Positions 54,786 to 64,000 of a stretch of 64,000 nucleotides of DNA are shown piece after piece. The notes under the pieces were generated by a model, which worked only from the letters and a program-made list of their open reading frames with translations, was not told the DNA's origin and did no database searches. The stretch covers positions 128,001 to 192,000 of the forward strand of contig CAVPGK010000006.1 in the NCBI GenBank assembly GCA_963703955.1, in the 5' to 3' direction. Both the position numbers and the translations under genes were made by a program. How positions within the stretch are numbered: the stretch's first letter is position 1; each line of letters begins with the position of its first letter. This stretch comes from Nitrospirota bacterium (GTDB lineage: Bacteria > Nitrospirota > Nitrospiria > Nitrospirales > Nitrospiraceae).

Positions 54786-55580
54786 TCATGTCTCATCCAG
54801 CATCCCGCTCTTACAAGCGATCACGACGGCATTCACGAGATCATCGGTGAAGAGCTTCTTCTTGATGCGCTGTAAGTGCATCCTGACTGTGCGGTCGCTG
54901 ATCGCCTCCGCCGCCGCGATCTGCTTGCTGAGTTCTCCCATTGCGCGACGTCGCAGGATGGCGGTCTCCCGCTTCGTGAGGAGCGTGCGCGGGTATGCTC
55001 GCTGGCTCGCCTTGACGAGCCACGGAACGATGACCTCAAATCGCTTGAGGTGCGCGCGGCCACTCTGTTCGGAGGCCATGGCGGCATTAAACCATACGTA
55101 GCGGTCCGGGCTGGCGTAGCCTCCGCACAGCGAATATTGCAGACGTGCCTGTTCAACCCGCTTCAGCATTTCTGCATCAAATTGCGCCTTCAACCGCTTC
55201 GCGACATCACACCACATGAGCACTCGTCTTGTCCGAAGCCATTCCCGAAACATGGGACTCTTCCACAGCGCGCCTGTCGTGAGATACCAGCGCAAAAAGG
55301 CAGGGGGAAAACTGTGATTGAAGACATAGCAGATGGTCGTGCTGGATGGATATCCCCACGAGACGGCGAGTTTCTCGTATGGGATGATGATCTGCAGACT
55401 GTCAAGGAGTTTACGAAACTGCCTCGGTGTATGACATCGAGACGCAGCGGCCTTTATCTTGCGGAGGGATACGGCGTGGTGAGAAGAAAGGACACGCCCT
55501 CTTGTATCATCCTTCGATCGGGAGATCGGTTGAACGCCTCCCTTTGCACTCGAACCTGACGACACGGAACTGTGGGCCAT
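54786..55580 (-). CDS. LuxR-family regulator with autoinducer-binding-like domain (solo)
   Basis: LTKRE...KQIA...ISDRTVRMHLQRIKKKL HTH; FP..F...Y..SP...W pocket. Confidence 0.85.
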   Translation of the reverse strand: MAHSSVSSGSSAKGGVQPISRSKDDTRGRVLSSHHAVSLRKIKAAASRCHTPRQFRKLLDSLQIIIPYEKLAVSWGYPSSTTICYVFNHSFPPAFLRWYLTTGALWKSPMFREWLRTRRVLMWCDVAKRLKAQFDAEMLKRVEQARLQYSLCGGYASPDRYVWFNAAMASEQSGRAHLKRFEVIVPWLVKASQRAYPRTLLTKRETAILRRRAMGELSKQIAAAEAISDRTVRMHLQRIKKKLFTDDLVNAVVIACKSGMLDET

Positions 55581-55745
55581 GCCTACCTCTGCATGCTGGA
55601 AGAGGATACCTCTTCTCTTGACAGATTGTCACCTTGGTCGATGTTCCGATATGATTCGCGGCCCAGCTTAGGGTTCTTGCACCCACTCGGACAGCCTCCT
55701 GATTTTTGTCTCGTTTTCCGGCGGAGGGCTGGTCCTCGCCTATAA

Positions 55746-56264
55746 GTGATTAACCTCATGGCGTACCAGACGGGAATGAAAAGGGGAGAGATTCTAAACC
55801 TTACATGGGATCGAGTTGACCTAAAAACAGCGTTTATTCGACTGAAGCCAGAGGATACCAAACTCGCTGAAGCTCGGACGGTTCCATTGACCGCCGACTT
55901 GACCGCTCGCCTGAAAGACTTGTATAAAGTGCGATACCTGTACGAACCGCATGTCTTTTTGGTCGACGGGAAGTCAGTCCAATCCGTTAAGACTGCCTTC
56001 AACGCAGCCTGTCGCAGAGCCGGAATCGAAGGATTCCACTTTCATGCCTTTCGGCATCCCGCTGCGACAAGCATGCGGCGCGGCGGAATTGACCATTTGA
56101 CGATTATGAAGGTGACTGGCTATAAGACCCTAGAGGTCTTTAAACGGTACAACTTCCTGGAGAGTGATCTGAAGGAAGCAGCCCACACCTATTCAACACT
56201 TGCCCATACTGCCCCGCAGGCAGAGAATCAGAAGCCCGCACTAAATCATCCCACGCGCCCGTAG
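55746..56264 (+). pseudogene. tyrosine integrase, catalytic-domain remnant
   Basis: TGMKRGEILNLTWDRVD, FHAFRH, TGYKT..RYN; N-terminus missing, catalytic Arg and second His altered. Confidence 0.85.
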
Positions 56265-56285
56265 CTCAATGGATAGAGCACCAGA
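56255..56285 (+). other. second 5' fragment of tRNA-Arg(ACG), cut before the anticodon
   Basis: gcgcccgtagctcaatggatagagcaccaga then unrelated sequence. Confidence 0.85.
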
Positions 56286-56783
56286 TATCAGGTCAAATTC
56301 CTGCGCGGTGCTGGGTGGAAGACAGAGTGCTTCTCCCAAGTTGCCTTTCACGTATTTTCCGCTTACGCGAGAGTGCGGCTTTTGAACGTAGACCAACTCC
56401 TCATCCGAGACCTTTCCCGGTCCTTCCCACAAGTATAAATTCGGTGCCTTCCTTGGTTCCTTGAATACATAGCGATAATCGACGACCCCTAACAACGCAG
56501 GGATCTCGACAAGCAACAGGCAGGACATGATTGTCACGGTGATGAGAGCGAAGCGTTTTCTCAACTCCTCCCGAGGTAGGTCGGATAGGAGCGCAACGAG
56601 CGCCCAGACCAAGAAGTAAGCCGCCACAATGCTCTCGGCGAGGTGCCCCGCATTCGACAAGCCAATGATCCAAATGGTCGCCACGAGAGCCGTCATGCCC
56701 AACACGCCGATGAGAAATGTGGCGAGGGCAATCTTCTTATCTTTGATAGTCGACAAGGCAGGTTTCATGCCCGATTCTCTCAT
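56286..56783 (-). pseudogene. truncated membrane protein (N-terminus, possibly of an SGNH-type envelope protein)
   Basis: Three TM helices, then frame runs into the tRNA fragment. Confidence 0.55.
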
Positions 56784-56929
56784 GGCTATGCGTAGTGCAC
56801 TAATGTCACCTTTTTATCCGTCTTGAGAATAACTTTACATGCCGGTGCCTTGTATTTACCGTATATGTATCTAAGGGTCAATACGACGTCGGTCTTAAAA
56901 CTTCCGTCCAAACAAGACGAAGTGCTTTC

Positions 56930-57125
56930 CTAGTTTGCAAAATTTTTCTGTTATCGAAACACCCATGACTTGTAGCGTGACACATCATGCCTCTGTACCC
57001 TACCCGTACCTGACGACCACCTTGCTACCGAAGCAAGGGTGCCAGGGGTCAGGTAAAACCTACAGCGTTTGCGCACGACAGGTGGGCCTTTTGCCCTCCT
57101 GCGACTCGCGGGTCCCATGCCCAGG
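56930..57125 (+). repeat. island non-coding repeat, modules A+B+C
   Basis: gacgaccaccttgctaccgaagcaagggtgcca...gacaggtgggccttttg...cgggtcccat. Confidence 0.82.
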
Positions 57126-57160
57126 CAATGGCAGCGGGGGCCCATCGTTACGGGATGGCG

Positions 57161-58102
57161 TCACGTTGGGAAGTAACGCTTGACGAGGGCAGGGTACAGT
57201 CGAGTGAGCAGTTCTCCAAGAAAGTGCAGCGTGTAATACCCCGTCGCCAGGATGACGGCACCGAGCGCCCCGCCGCGTCCGAGACCGACCTCACGATAAC
57301 GTTCACGAATCCGGCCCAAGGCGTCTCGATATCGAGAAAAGGAATTGCCCGACGAAGGGATTCCGGTCAGGTCCTCGGTCATCACCGCATCGTATCCCTG
57401 GGCCAACGCCCGACAGATGAAATGTTTCAATCCGTTAGGCGGTGGGTGCGAGACACGTGACCCCTGCTGCAACCAAATGACGGTACCGCGTTGCTTCAGG
57501 TGATGCACCACCGTCACAAATTGGTCACGAAACAGTGGCAAGGTGGGATAGGGACGAGCCTGAAAGATCTCGCGGCGGAAGGCGACGTTGTTTGCGTAGA
57601 AGCTCTCGACAGGCACGAAACCGTCGCTGTCAACCCGAGGCGAAAAGAACCAGAACAGGGCAAAGGCTTTGCTGTACAGGCCCTCTAGCTCAATGTACGT
57701 GTTGCCACAGACGACGTGCACGGCAGGAGACTGGAATGCGCTCAAAAGACCAAGCAACCACCCCTCTTCCGGGATCACGTCGCTATCCAGAAAGACAATC
57801 ACCTCCCCGTGCGCGCGTGTGGCACCAAGATTTTTGAGTTCATAGTAGTGCAATCCTGGGCCTGGCACGAGTTCCAGATCATAGGTGTCCCGACTCTTGA
57901 GCGTGTCGCAGACCAGTTGCTGGAGCAAATGCTCATCCACCGTCAGCGCGTCATAGACAATCAGAACCTGCAGTCGTTGTACGGTGCGGGGCAGTGCGGC
58001 CATTTGCTGATCGAGAGTGACCAGCATTCGGCGGGCCCGTATCCATTCAGAGAGAAGGGCATTGTCCCACTCAATGACGACAGAGAACGTCATAGGAAGC
58101 AT
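57161..58102 (-). CDS. glycosyltransferase family 2
   Basis: FSVVI, KNLGA..AHGEVIVFLDSD, NNVAFRRE. Confidence 0.88.
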   Translation of the reverse strand: MLPMTFSVVIEWDNALLSEWIRARRMLVTLDQQMAALPRTVQRLQVLIVYDALTVDEHLLQQLVCDTLKSRDTYDLELVPGPGLHYYELKNLGATRAHGEVIVFLDSDVIPEEGWLLGLLSAFQSPAVHVVCGNTYIELEGLYSKAFALFWFFSPRVDSDGFVPVESFYANNVAFRREIFQARPYPTLPLFRDQFVTVVHHLKQRGTVIWLQQGSRVSHPPPNGLKHFICRALAQGYDAVMTEDLTGIPSSGNSFSRYRDALGRIRERYREVGLGRGGALGAVILATGYYTLHFLGELLTRLYPALVKRYFPT

Positions 58103-58692
58103 AGCAGTACAATTAAGGAGAAACTAGTTCTTAGGATTCATCTACCACGGTTGATATAACTACGCAACTATACTTTAGGCAATTCTACTTTAGTATTACT
58201 GGTATGGAGTACTTACTATCGATTGACATACCCCAAAAACATGAGACCAAAGTCTCAGCTGCTTTGGAATACTTGTTGCCGTTCGGGTCACCGGCGCATG
58301 CTTGGGGGTATCTGGGTATCTAATGGTGGAGGCTGATCCTTGTGAACAGAGTTAACTCACTAGGCAAGTATCTGGATAGTGGTCTTTCTCTTGGATGGTG
58401 GTGGTTGTTCGTGTACGGGTTACTTGCCATTGTCGTGCTCGCGGTGCTCGTTGTGGATCTCCTTTTCTCTCTTGTATTGAGAACCGCAAGGGAGGTGTAG
58501 CAATCCCCGACCCGAGGCTACAGAAACTTCCAATCTGCATGACCGGCGGTCACAAACCATCTGTGCTTATCGTTTCCCGCTTCCTGGTGAGGCTGAATCA
58601 TCGGCGGGCTGGCATCATGATAAAGGGTGTTCGTCAGGGGCTTGCGAAGACATCGGTGACTCAAGCAGATACTAAGGCGTGTCGTAAACTAA

Positions 58693-58860
58693 TAGGAGAC
58701 TGGAGCGGATGTCTCCAACCCCTTTTTTGTCCTTACTAAGGAAATCTATCGTAAAACACTGTATGCCGGTGTGCGTACCGGTGCCTGCCGACCACCTTGG
58801 TACCGTAAACAAGGGGTGCCACGGGGTGCGTCTGGGGTGCAGAGGGTGCGGACAGATGAC
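58693..58860 (+). repeat. island non-coding repeat, modules A+B
   Basis: ggagactggagcggatg...cgaccaccttggtaccgtaaacaaggggtgccac...gtgcggacagatg. Confidence 0.82.
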
Positions 58861-58966
58861 CTTCGTGGTCGCTTTCCGGGAGAGTCTATTCAACACTCTT
58901 GACGTGAGGCTGGACTTCCCGCATAGTTGAAAACCCCACAGCCAACATTCGAGAAGACAACAGAGC

Positions 58967-59335
58967 ATGCGTATTGAATGGGCGTGCGCCACACTTGGTG
59001 TTGGAATCCTTGCCAGCTGCGCAGCAATTGAACTTCAGCCAGGGGCTCAACAGATACGCGTCGTCACCAATGAGCCGCAGGGCTGCAAATACTTGGGGGA
59101 AGTGACCGGGAACCAGGGGAACTTCTTCACCGGTGCTTTCACGAGCAATGCGAACCTAGAGACGGGCGCGCGAAACGACATGAAAAACCAGGCGCAAAAG
59201 ATGGGAGCCAATACCGTCCAATTGGCCACGAATCGCTCGGGACAGAGCGGCTCCTTTGGTCAAGGCAGTGGCAGCATGCAACAGACGAATGTGACCTACA
59301 CAGGGATTGCCTACAAGTGCGCTTCCGCGCCATGA
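58967..59335 (+). CDS. DUF4156-like lipoprotein
   Basis: Lipobox LASC; CKYLGEV...GARNDMKNQA..GANTV...AYKC. Confidence 0.82.
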   Translation: MRIEWACATLGVGILASCAAIELQPGAQQIRVVTNEPQGCKYLGEVTGNQGNFFTGAFTSNANLETGARNDMKNQAQKMGANTVQLATNRSGQSGSFGQGSGSMQQTNVTYTGIAYKCASAP

Positions 59336-59589
59336 ACCTAAGGCACTACCAGAGGACATATTCACAGGGTTGTTGGCCCGAGACATTGTGATGAAGCCGT
59401 TGGATCCCATTCTGTTGCAGGTGAAATGTCTTCGGCATTTCGTTCCCTCCACAAAGTTAATGTCTTCTCACGACCTATCCGAAGACCCTCAGGATTTTAT
59501 CTGAGCCATCCCCCGACCTTTTTCTTTACCAACCATTCCCTACAAATACGATTTCCATCGTATATCTGCTGTCCAAAAGAGGTAAATAG

Positions 59590-59745
59590 GCCTTTTCTAG
59601 TTTCCAAAAAATTCTCATCATGCCTACCGCGACACTGTGTGCCTCCGTACCCCATCTGTGCCGCACGACCACCTCGCTACCGAAACAAGGGTGCCACCGG
59701 GGGTCTAGTTGGTTGCGTCTGGGTTGCGTGTTTGAGGACAAATGT
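59590..59745 (+). repeat. island non-coding repeat, modules A+B
   Basis: acactgtgtgcctccgtaccc...acgaccacctcgctaccgaaacaagggtgccaccggggg...gttgcgtctgggttgcg. Confidence 0.82.
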
Positions 59746-59822
59746 CTCTTTATGACCCGCTTTGGCCTACATCCTCGTCAATGTTCATGCGGTTTGCCTG
59801 TGAATCGTTGTGTTCTGATAAA

Positions 59823-59868
59823 ACTACGGATCTGGGGGTTGGGGGTTCAAGTCCCTCCGGGCGCGCCA
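59823..59868 (+). other. 3' half of tRNA-Arg(ACG) (att site)
   Basis: actacggatctgggggttgggggttcaagtccctccgggcgcgcca; acceptor strand pairs with the 5' fragments. Confidence 0.88.
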
Positions 59869-60235
59869 GTGAATCATCGGGTTTTGCAATGGCGCTGTTA
59901 TGGGGCCTGAATGCATTGTGGTGGGCACCCTGTTCGATCAGAAGCGAAGCATAGGTATGGCGAAGGTCATGAAACCGAATCTGTCGGATACCAGTCTCTT
60001 TTAGACAGACGGACCATACCCTCTAAATTACGCTCATCCCATCGAAACCCTAAGGGCTGATGCCAGGATGGCCGCTGTTTCCTGAGCAGAGACATCCACA
60101 TCCTGCTCCTAGTGAGTAGGCCTATCAGTCTTTCTTGGGATCTGCAAATCGCTCACTCAGAAATACCAGCGATGGCGGCTGGCATCATCAATACGTTATA
60201 GATAGGAGTTAAATGTCTTCAGAAAGGAGAACGTA

Positions 60236-60529
60236 ATGATGAGACAACTACAGCCTCGGTTTGTACACGCCGCTTCTTTTGCTTCTTTGATGTTGCAGGT
60301 GAGTGAGCATTTATTTCCCGATCAGAAACTCTTCGCTCTCTCCCCGGACCAACGCCGTATGGTCCAAAATGAAACCCAAAACCTCTTGGTACAGGCGCGG
60401 TGGGCAGTTGAGAGCAAAGGATTCGCTGAGCTATTTGCCATGCCCCAAGGTGGTGCGGAAATGGCTCCGGCGGACACTGTGTTGGGGGACCCCCTTCCAA
60501 AATCATCGGGTAGCGGTCATTTCATGTGA
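60236..60529 (+). CDS. hypothetical protein
   Basis: RBS aaggag, 97-aa ORF. Confidence 0.55.
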   Translation: MMRQLQPRFVHAASFASLMLQVSEHLFPDQKLFALSPDQRRMVQNETQNLLVQARWAVESKGFAELFAMPQGGAEMAPADTVLGDPLPKSSGSGHFM

Positions 60530-60619
60530 GAACGATGTCGGTGGGGTCACTGGACTGTCAAATGGGCAGGGACGAGGTTGCATTGAACATGTTCCTGAAC
60601 CCTTTTCCACCGCGACCGG

Positions 60620-63600
60620 TCATGATCCACAGCCTGCCATCCAATCCGTCAAAAAGATGCTCGCCACCGTGCTAAACGACGGCACTCGCAGCGACAGGAT
60701 ATCGGTCACATTTGCAAGGGAGGAGACCGCGTTCGTGCCCTCTCGCCCCTCGCCTCCTGCCCTGTGCCCGGCGTCCGCGCCCAGTACCGCCAGCGGGCTC
60801 GCCAGCCACCCGCCCGGTACCGTCGGCACGCCGTAGTGCCCGGCCACCACGAAGCTACTGTACAGGCCGCCCTCCAGGGCGGCGCAGCGCACTCCGAGGA
60901 GCGCCGTCGCCGGAAGCGGGGTCTGCGAGAGCGGCACGATCTTGCCGGCCGCGGGAGCATTCGGCGATTGAATGCGCACGGTCCCACTCACCCCAAACTG
61001 CGACGACGCGTCCACCCGGCTCGTGGCGTCGGGGATGAAGGCATTGGTCGCAATCGAAATGTTCCCGCCCTGGCCCTGCGTCGCCTGCGCCAGAATCTGG
61101 CTGTTCTGCAAAATCACAAACTGCGGGTCGATCATAATGTTGCCGCCGATGGTCGTCGTGGATCCTTGCACGGAGGAGTTGATCTGGCTATCCGTCAGCT
61201 GAATCACACCGGGCGCCATTACCGTGATATTGCCGCCGCTGGCTTGTGCGGCCTCCGTGGTGACCTTGCTGTTGGCGCTGATGTAACTCTGCCCGGCGTC
61301 GATCACGATATTCCCCGCGTCGCCCAGGCCGGTGCTTTGCGCGGAGAGCACCGATCCTCCGGTGAGCGCGACGTGGTGACCGGCAGACAGCGCAATGTTG
61401 CCGCCCGGCTGGTTGCCGCCTGACACGGTGGCGGAAATGGTGGACCCGGCGAGATTGATACCGGATGCGGACGCCAGCGCGATCGACCCGCCGGCGCCGG
61501 CGTTGGCTTCGGTCGTGATGAGGCTTCCGTTCAGTGTGACAGCCTCACTGACTGAGCCCGAGCCGCTCGCACCCTGGATAGTCACGCGTCCGGCATTCCC
61601 GGCGTTAAGCAGGGGACTGGTGCTGCTGCTGGAGATGATGGTGTTGGTGGTCGAAAGCGTGCCCACATTGAGCGTGACGTTGCCCGCGGGTGCCGCGCCC
61701 TCCGAGGACGCCAGAATCCCTGTGACAACATTTGGTTCAAGGCTGAGCGTGTTACCGCGGAATACTAGGGCGTGCGTCGTAATCGTAATCCCGGGCGCCG
61801 GGGTGGTCGGAGTCCCACCTGCCACCGATGTAGCGATCACGGCGTTGTTCAGTGTGACCAGTGCGGCAGGATCTGTGAATTCAGCACCCGGCCCCGAGAT
61901 CGTCACGGTCCCCGCCGGACCGGCTGTGCCGTCAGGTTTTTGGCTTCTGCTGCCGATGAACACATAGCCATGCGGCATCGGTAACCCATCTGAATCCACA
62001 TTCGCTCGTAGCACACCGACGTTAAATGCAATATTTCCTGCAGGGGCTGCACCGTCCGAATTCGCAAAAATTGCCGTATTCCCATTACCATATCTTGCAC
62101 TCCCTATTTCAGTGCTGAGCGCCAGTGTGTCCGCCGTGATGGTAATGGTTGGCGCAGGTGTGGTTGCGGTCCCCCCCAGGATGGCCGTACTGATCTGTGT
62201 CTTGTCGAGGGCAACCAGCTTCGCGGGGTCCGTGGACTCGGGGCCTGGTCCGGAGATGGTCACGCTCCCAGCCTGTCCGGTGTGGCTCGGTGTTTGGAAG
62301 AAGACCCCGTCCACGCCTTTGATGGGACTCCCATCCGGGTTCACGTTCGCCAGCAGCGTGCCCACATTCAAGTCAATGTTCCCGGCAGGCGTCTCCCCGG
62401 AGGCGGTCGTCACAAGAATGGTTAAATTGTTGAGCGAGACTGACTCCGCTGTGATCGAGATGGGAGCCGGCCTGGCCGTCGCTGACCCACCCACCACAAA
62501 GGTATCGATCTCTGTGTTGCTAAGGGCGATGAGTGTGGCGGGATCCGTGGACCCTGCTCTCGGTCCCGAAATGGTCACAGCCCCGGCGGGACCCGCTGTC
62601 CTCTCCGGGCTTTCGCTGGGGCCGCCGATGAATACAGTTCCGCCTTCAATCATCGTCCCATCCGAGTTCATATTCGACCGCAGTGTGTTGACGTGGAACT
62701 CAATGTTCCCCCCGGGAGCTGGGCCATTGGTGGTTGCATATATTGTGGATTGCTTGCTAAGGGATACCGAATCCGCCTTGATGCTGATGAAGCCCGGCGT
62801 GGTGGCCGCCGTCCCACCAAAAACTCTGGTGTTGATTGTGCTATCTTCCAGAGAGACGCTTCTCGCCGCAGTCCCTGGACCATTGATCCCTTGAATGGTT
62901 ACCTGGCCGGCTTTCCCCGCCCCGGCATCCAGGCTGCTGCTCGTACTCTCGATGAGCACCCCAGTTCGTGAAAGGGTCGGATCGCTTATGAGATCGTCGG
63001 GCACTATGTGTACGCGATTCGGACCTCCTGTCATCGTCAGGGACCCCACGTTGAAGGTGATGTTCCCCGCTGGCGCCGCACCAGAACTGTCTGCCGTCAC
63101 ATGCGTCCCGTTGCTCAAGGTCACCGCGTCCGCGGTGAACGTAATGGTACCCGGCGTGCTGGCCGCGCTGCCGCCGCTGATCGTCGTCCGGACCAGGGCA
63201 TTGTCCAGGGAGACGGTTTTCGCCGCAGCCCCGTCGAACCCTTGGATCGTGATCGTCCCCGCACTGCCGATCTCTCCCGCCGTGCTCTCCACCGTCGCCG
63301 TCTCCAACCGCACCGTCGGCGCCGCCAACGTGACACGGCCTGGATGGCCGGCACTGTCCGCTGACGTCAAGACGCCGGTCGGCCCCTCCTGCTCCACCCC
63401 GGAGATCACGATCGACTCGCGCGCAGTCAGCTCAACGGGTGCCCCCTTGGTCACCAGACGTCCCCCCTCGATGCGGATCGCGCCGCCCACCAGGGCCAAC
63501 CCCTTCCCCTCCGCCATCTGCAACGTGCTGTGATCCACCGTGATCGGGCCCGACCGCGGCCCCAAGAACCCAAACCCTGCCACCGGCGCGACGCTCAGCA

Positions 63601-64000
63601 ACGCATCGGCCGCCGCATTGGGCGCGGCGTGAAAGACCGTCCCGTCGGCCAGTTTCAGCGAATCCGCCGTCGTGAAGGTTGCCATCCCGCCGATGTTGAG
63701 CGTGGCACTGGGGCCGAAGAGGATGCCGGCCGGGTTCATCAGAAACAGATTGGCACTCCCAAAGCCGGAGGTCTGAATCGTGCCGAAGATGTTCGAGGGA
63801 TTCCCCCCGGTCACCCGGCCGAGGATATTGCTGGTCGCTAGACCCGAGTCGTTGAGGAAGTTTGCAATGTTGGCGGTGGGCACCCCAAACTGCCCGAAGC
63901 TTTGAAAGAGATTGGGGCCCGCCCCGGGTCGCGTCCCGCCGGTGATGTTGTACTGAGTCCCGCCCGGGACACTGATCGGCGCACTGACCTGCGTGTTCAG
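60620..64000 (-). CDS. filamentous haemagglutinin N-terminal (TPS) domain exoprotein, start beyond window
   Basis: Over 1087 aa; NILGRVTGGNPS, NPAG, G/S/T-rich beta-helix repeats, C...SSFVV tail. Confidence 0.92.
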   Translation of the reverse strand: MNTQVSAPISVPGGTQYNITGGTRPGAGPNLFQSFGQFGVPTANIANFLNDSGLATSNILGRVTGGNPSNIFGTIQTSGFGSANLFLMNPAGILFGPSATLNIGGMATFTTADSLKLADGTVFHAAPNAAADALLSVAPVAGFGFLGPRSGPITVDHSTLQMAEGKGLALVGGAIRIEGGRLVTKGAPVELTARESIVISGVEQEGPTGVLTSADSAGHPGRVTLAAPTVRLETATVESTAGEIGSAGTITIQGFDGAAAKTVSLDNALVRTTISGGSAASTPGTITFTADAVTLSNGTHVTADSSGAAPAGNITFNVGSLTMTGGPNRVHIVPDDLISDPTLSRTGVLIESTSSSLDAGAGKAGQVTIQGINGPGTAARSVSLEDSTINTRVFGGTAATTPGFISIKADSVSLSKQSTIYATTNGPAPGGNIEFHVNTLRSNMNSDGTMIEGGTVFIGGPSESPERTAGPAGAVTISGPRAGSTDPATLIALSNTEIDTFVVGGSATARPAPISITAESVSLNNLTILVTTASGETPAGNIDLNVGTLLANVNPDGSPIKGVDGVFFQTPSHTGQAGSVTISGPGPESTDPAKLVALDKTQISTAILGGTATTPAPTITITADTLALSTEIGSARYGNGNTAIFANSDGAAPAGNIAFNVGVLRANVDSDGLPMPHGYVFIGSRSQKPDGTAGPAGTVTISGPGAEFTDPAALVTLNNAVIATSVAGGTPTTPAPGITITTHALVFRGNTLSLEPNVVTGILASSEGAAPAGNVTLNVGTLSTTNTIISSSSTSPLLNAGNAGRVTIQGASGSGSVSEAVTLNGSLITTEANAGAGGSIALASASGINLAGSTISATVSGGNQPGGNIALSAGHHVALTGGSVLSAQSTGLGDAGNIVIDAGQSYISANSKVTTEAAQASGGNITVMAPGVIQLTDSQINSSVQGSTTTIGGNIMIDPQFVILQNSQILAQATQGQGGNISIATNAFIPDATSRVDASSQFGVSGTVRIQSPNAPAAGKIVPLSQTPLPATALLGVRCAALEGGLYSSFVVAGHYGVPTVPGGWLASPLAVLGADAGHRAGGEGREGTNAVSSLANVTDILSLRVPSFSTVASIFLTDWMAGCGS

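Noticed and set aside
33447..59745. Classical integron
   Set aside because: No IntI gene and the repeats lack RYYYAAC...GTTRRRY attC ends.

Overview
GC-rich bacterial chromosome, probably Nitrospira/Nitrospirota (inferred from gene content). Bases 1-14.8 kb and 21.2-28 kb are backbone: two FGE/sulfatase-modifying-factor proteins, hemD, Zn-ADH, vapBC, Rieske oxygenase, tdh-kbl, mlaA, M48 peptidase, AIM24, amidohydrolase, large TPR protein, bactofilin. The rest is an integration hotspot. A 6.4 kb island sits in the 3' end of the amidohydrolase gene, and a chain of small decayed islands surrounds tRNA-Ser(TGA), tRNA-Ser(GCT) and a tRNA-Arg(ACG) present only as three fragments. There are IS3, IS5 and IS110 elements, five C-terminal tyrosine-integrase remnants and two paralogous filamentous-haemagglutinin-domain genes. 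Main signals: (1) a modular non-coding element in about nine same-orientation copies between the cargo genes of the tRNA islands; (2) an orphan CRISPR-like repeat-spacer-repeat with a candidate tracrRNA anti-repeat and no cas gene; (3) an IS110 bridge RNA whose guides match its insertion site and donor junction; (4) a tRNA-linked structured repeat; (5) a four-helix-bundle gene bracketed by inverted short tandem repeats. Many single-base frameshifts may be decay or sequencing error.
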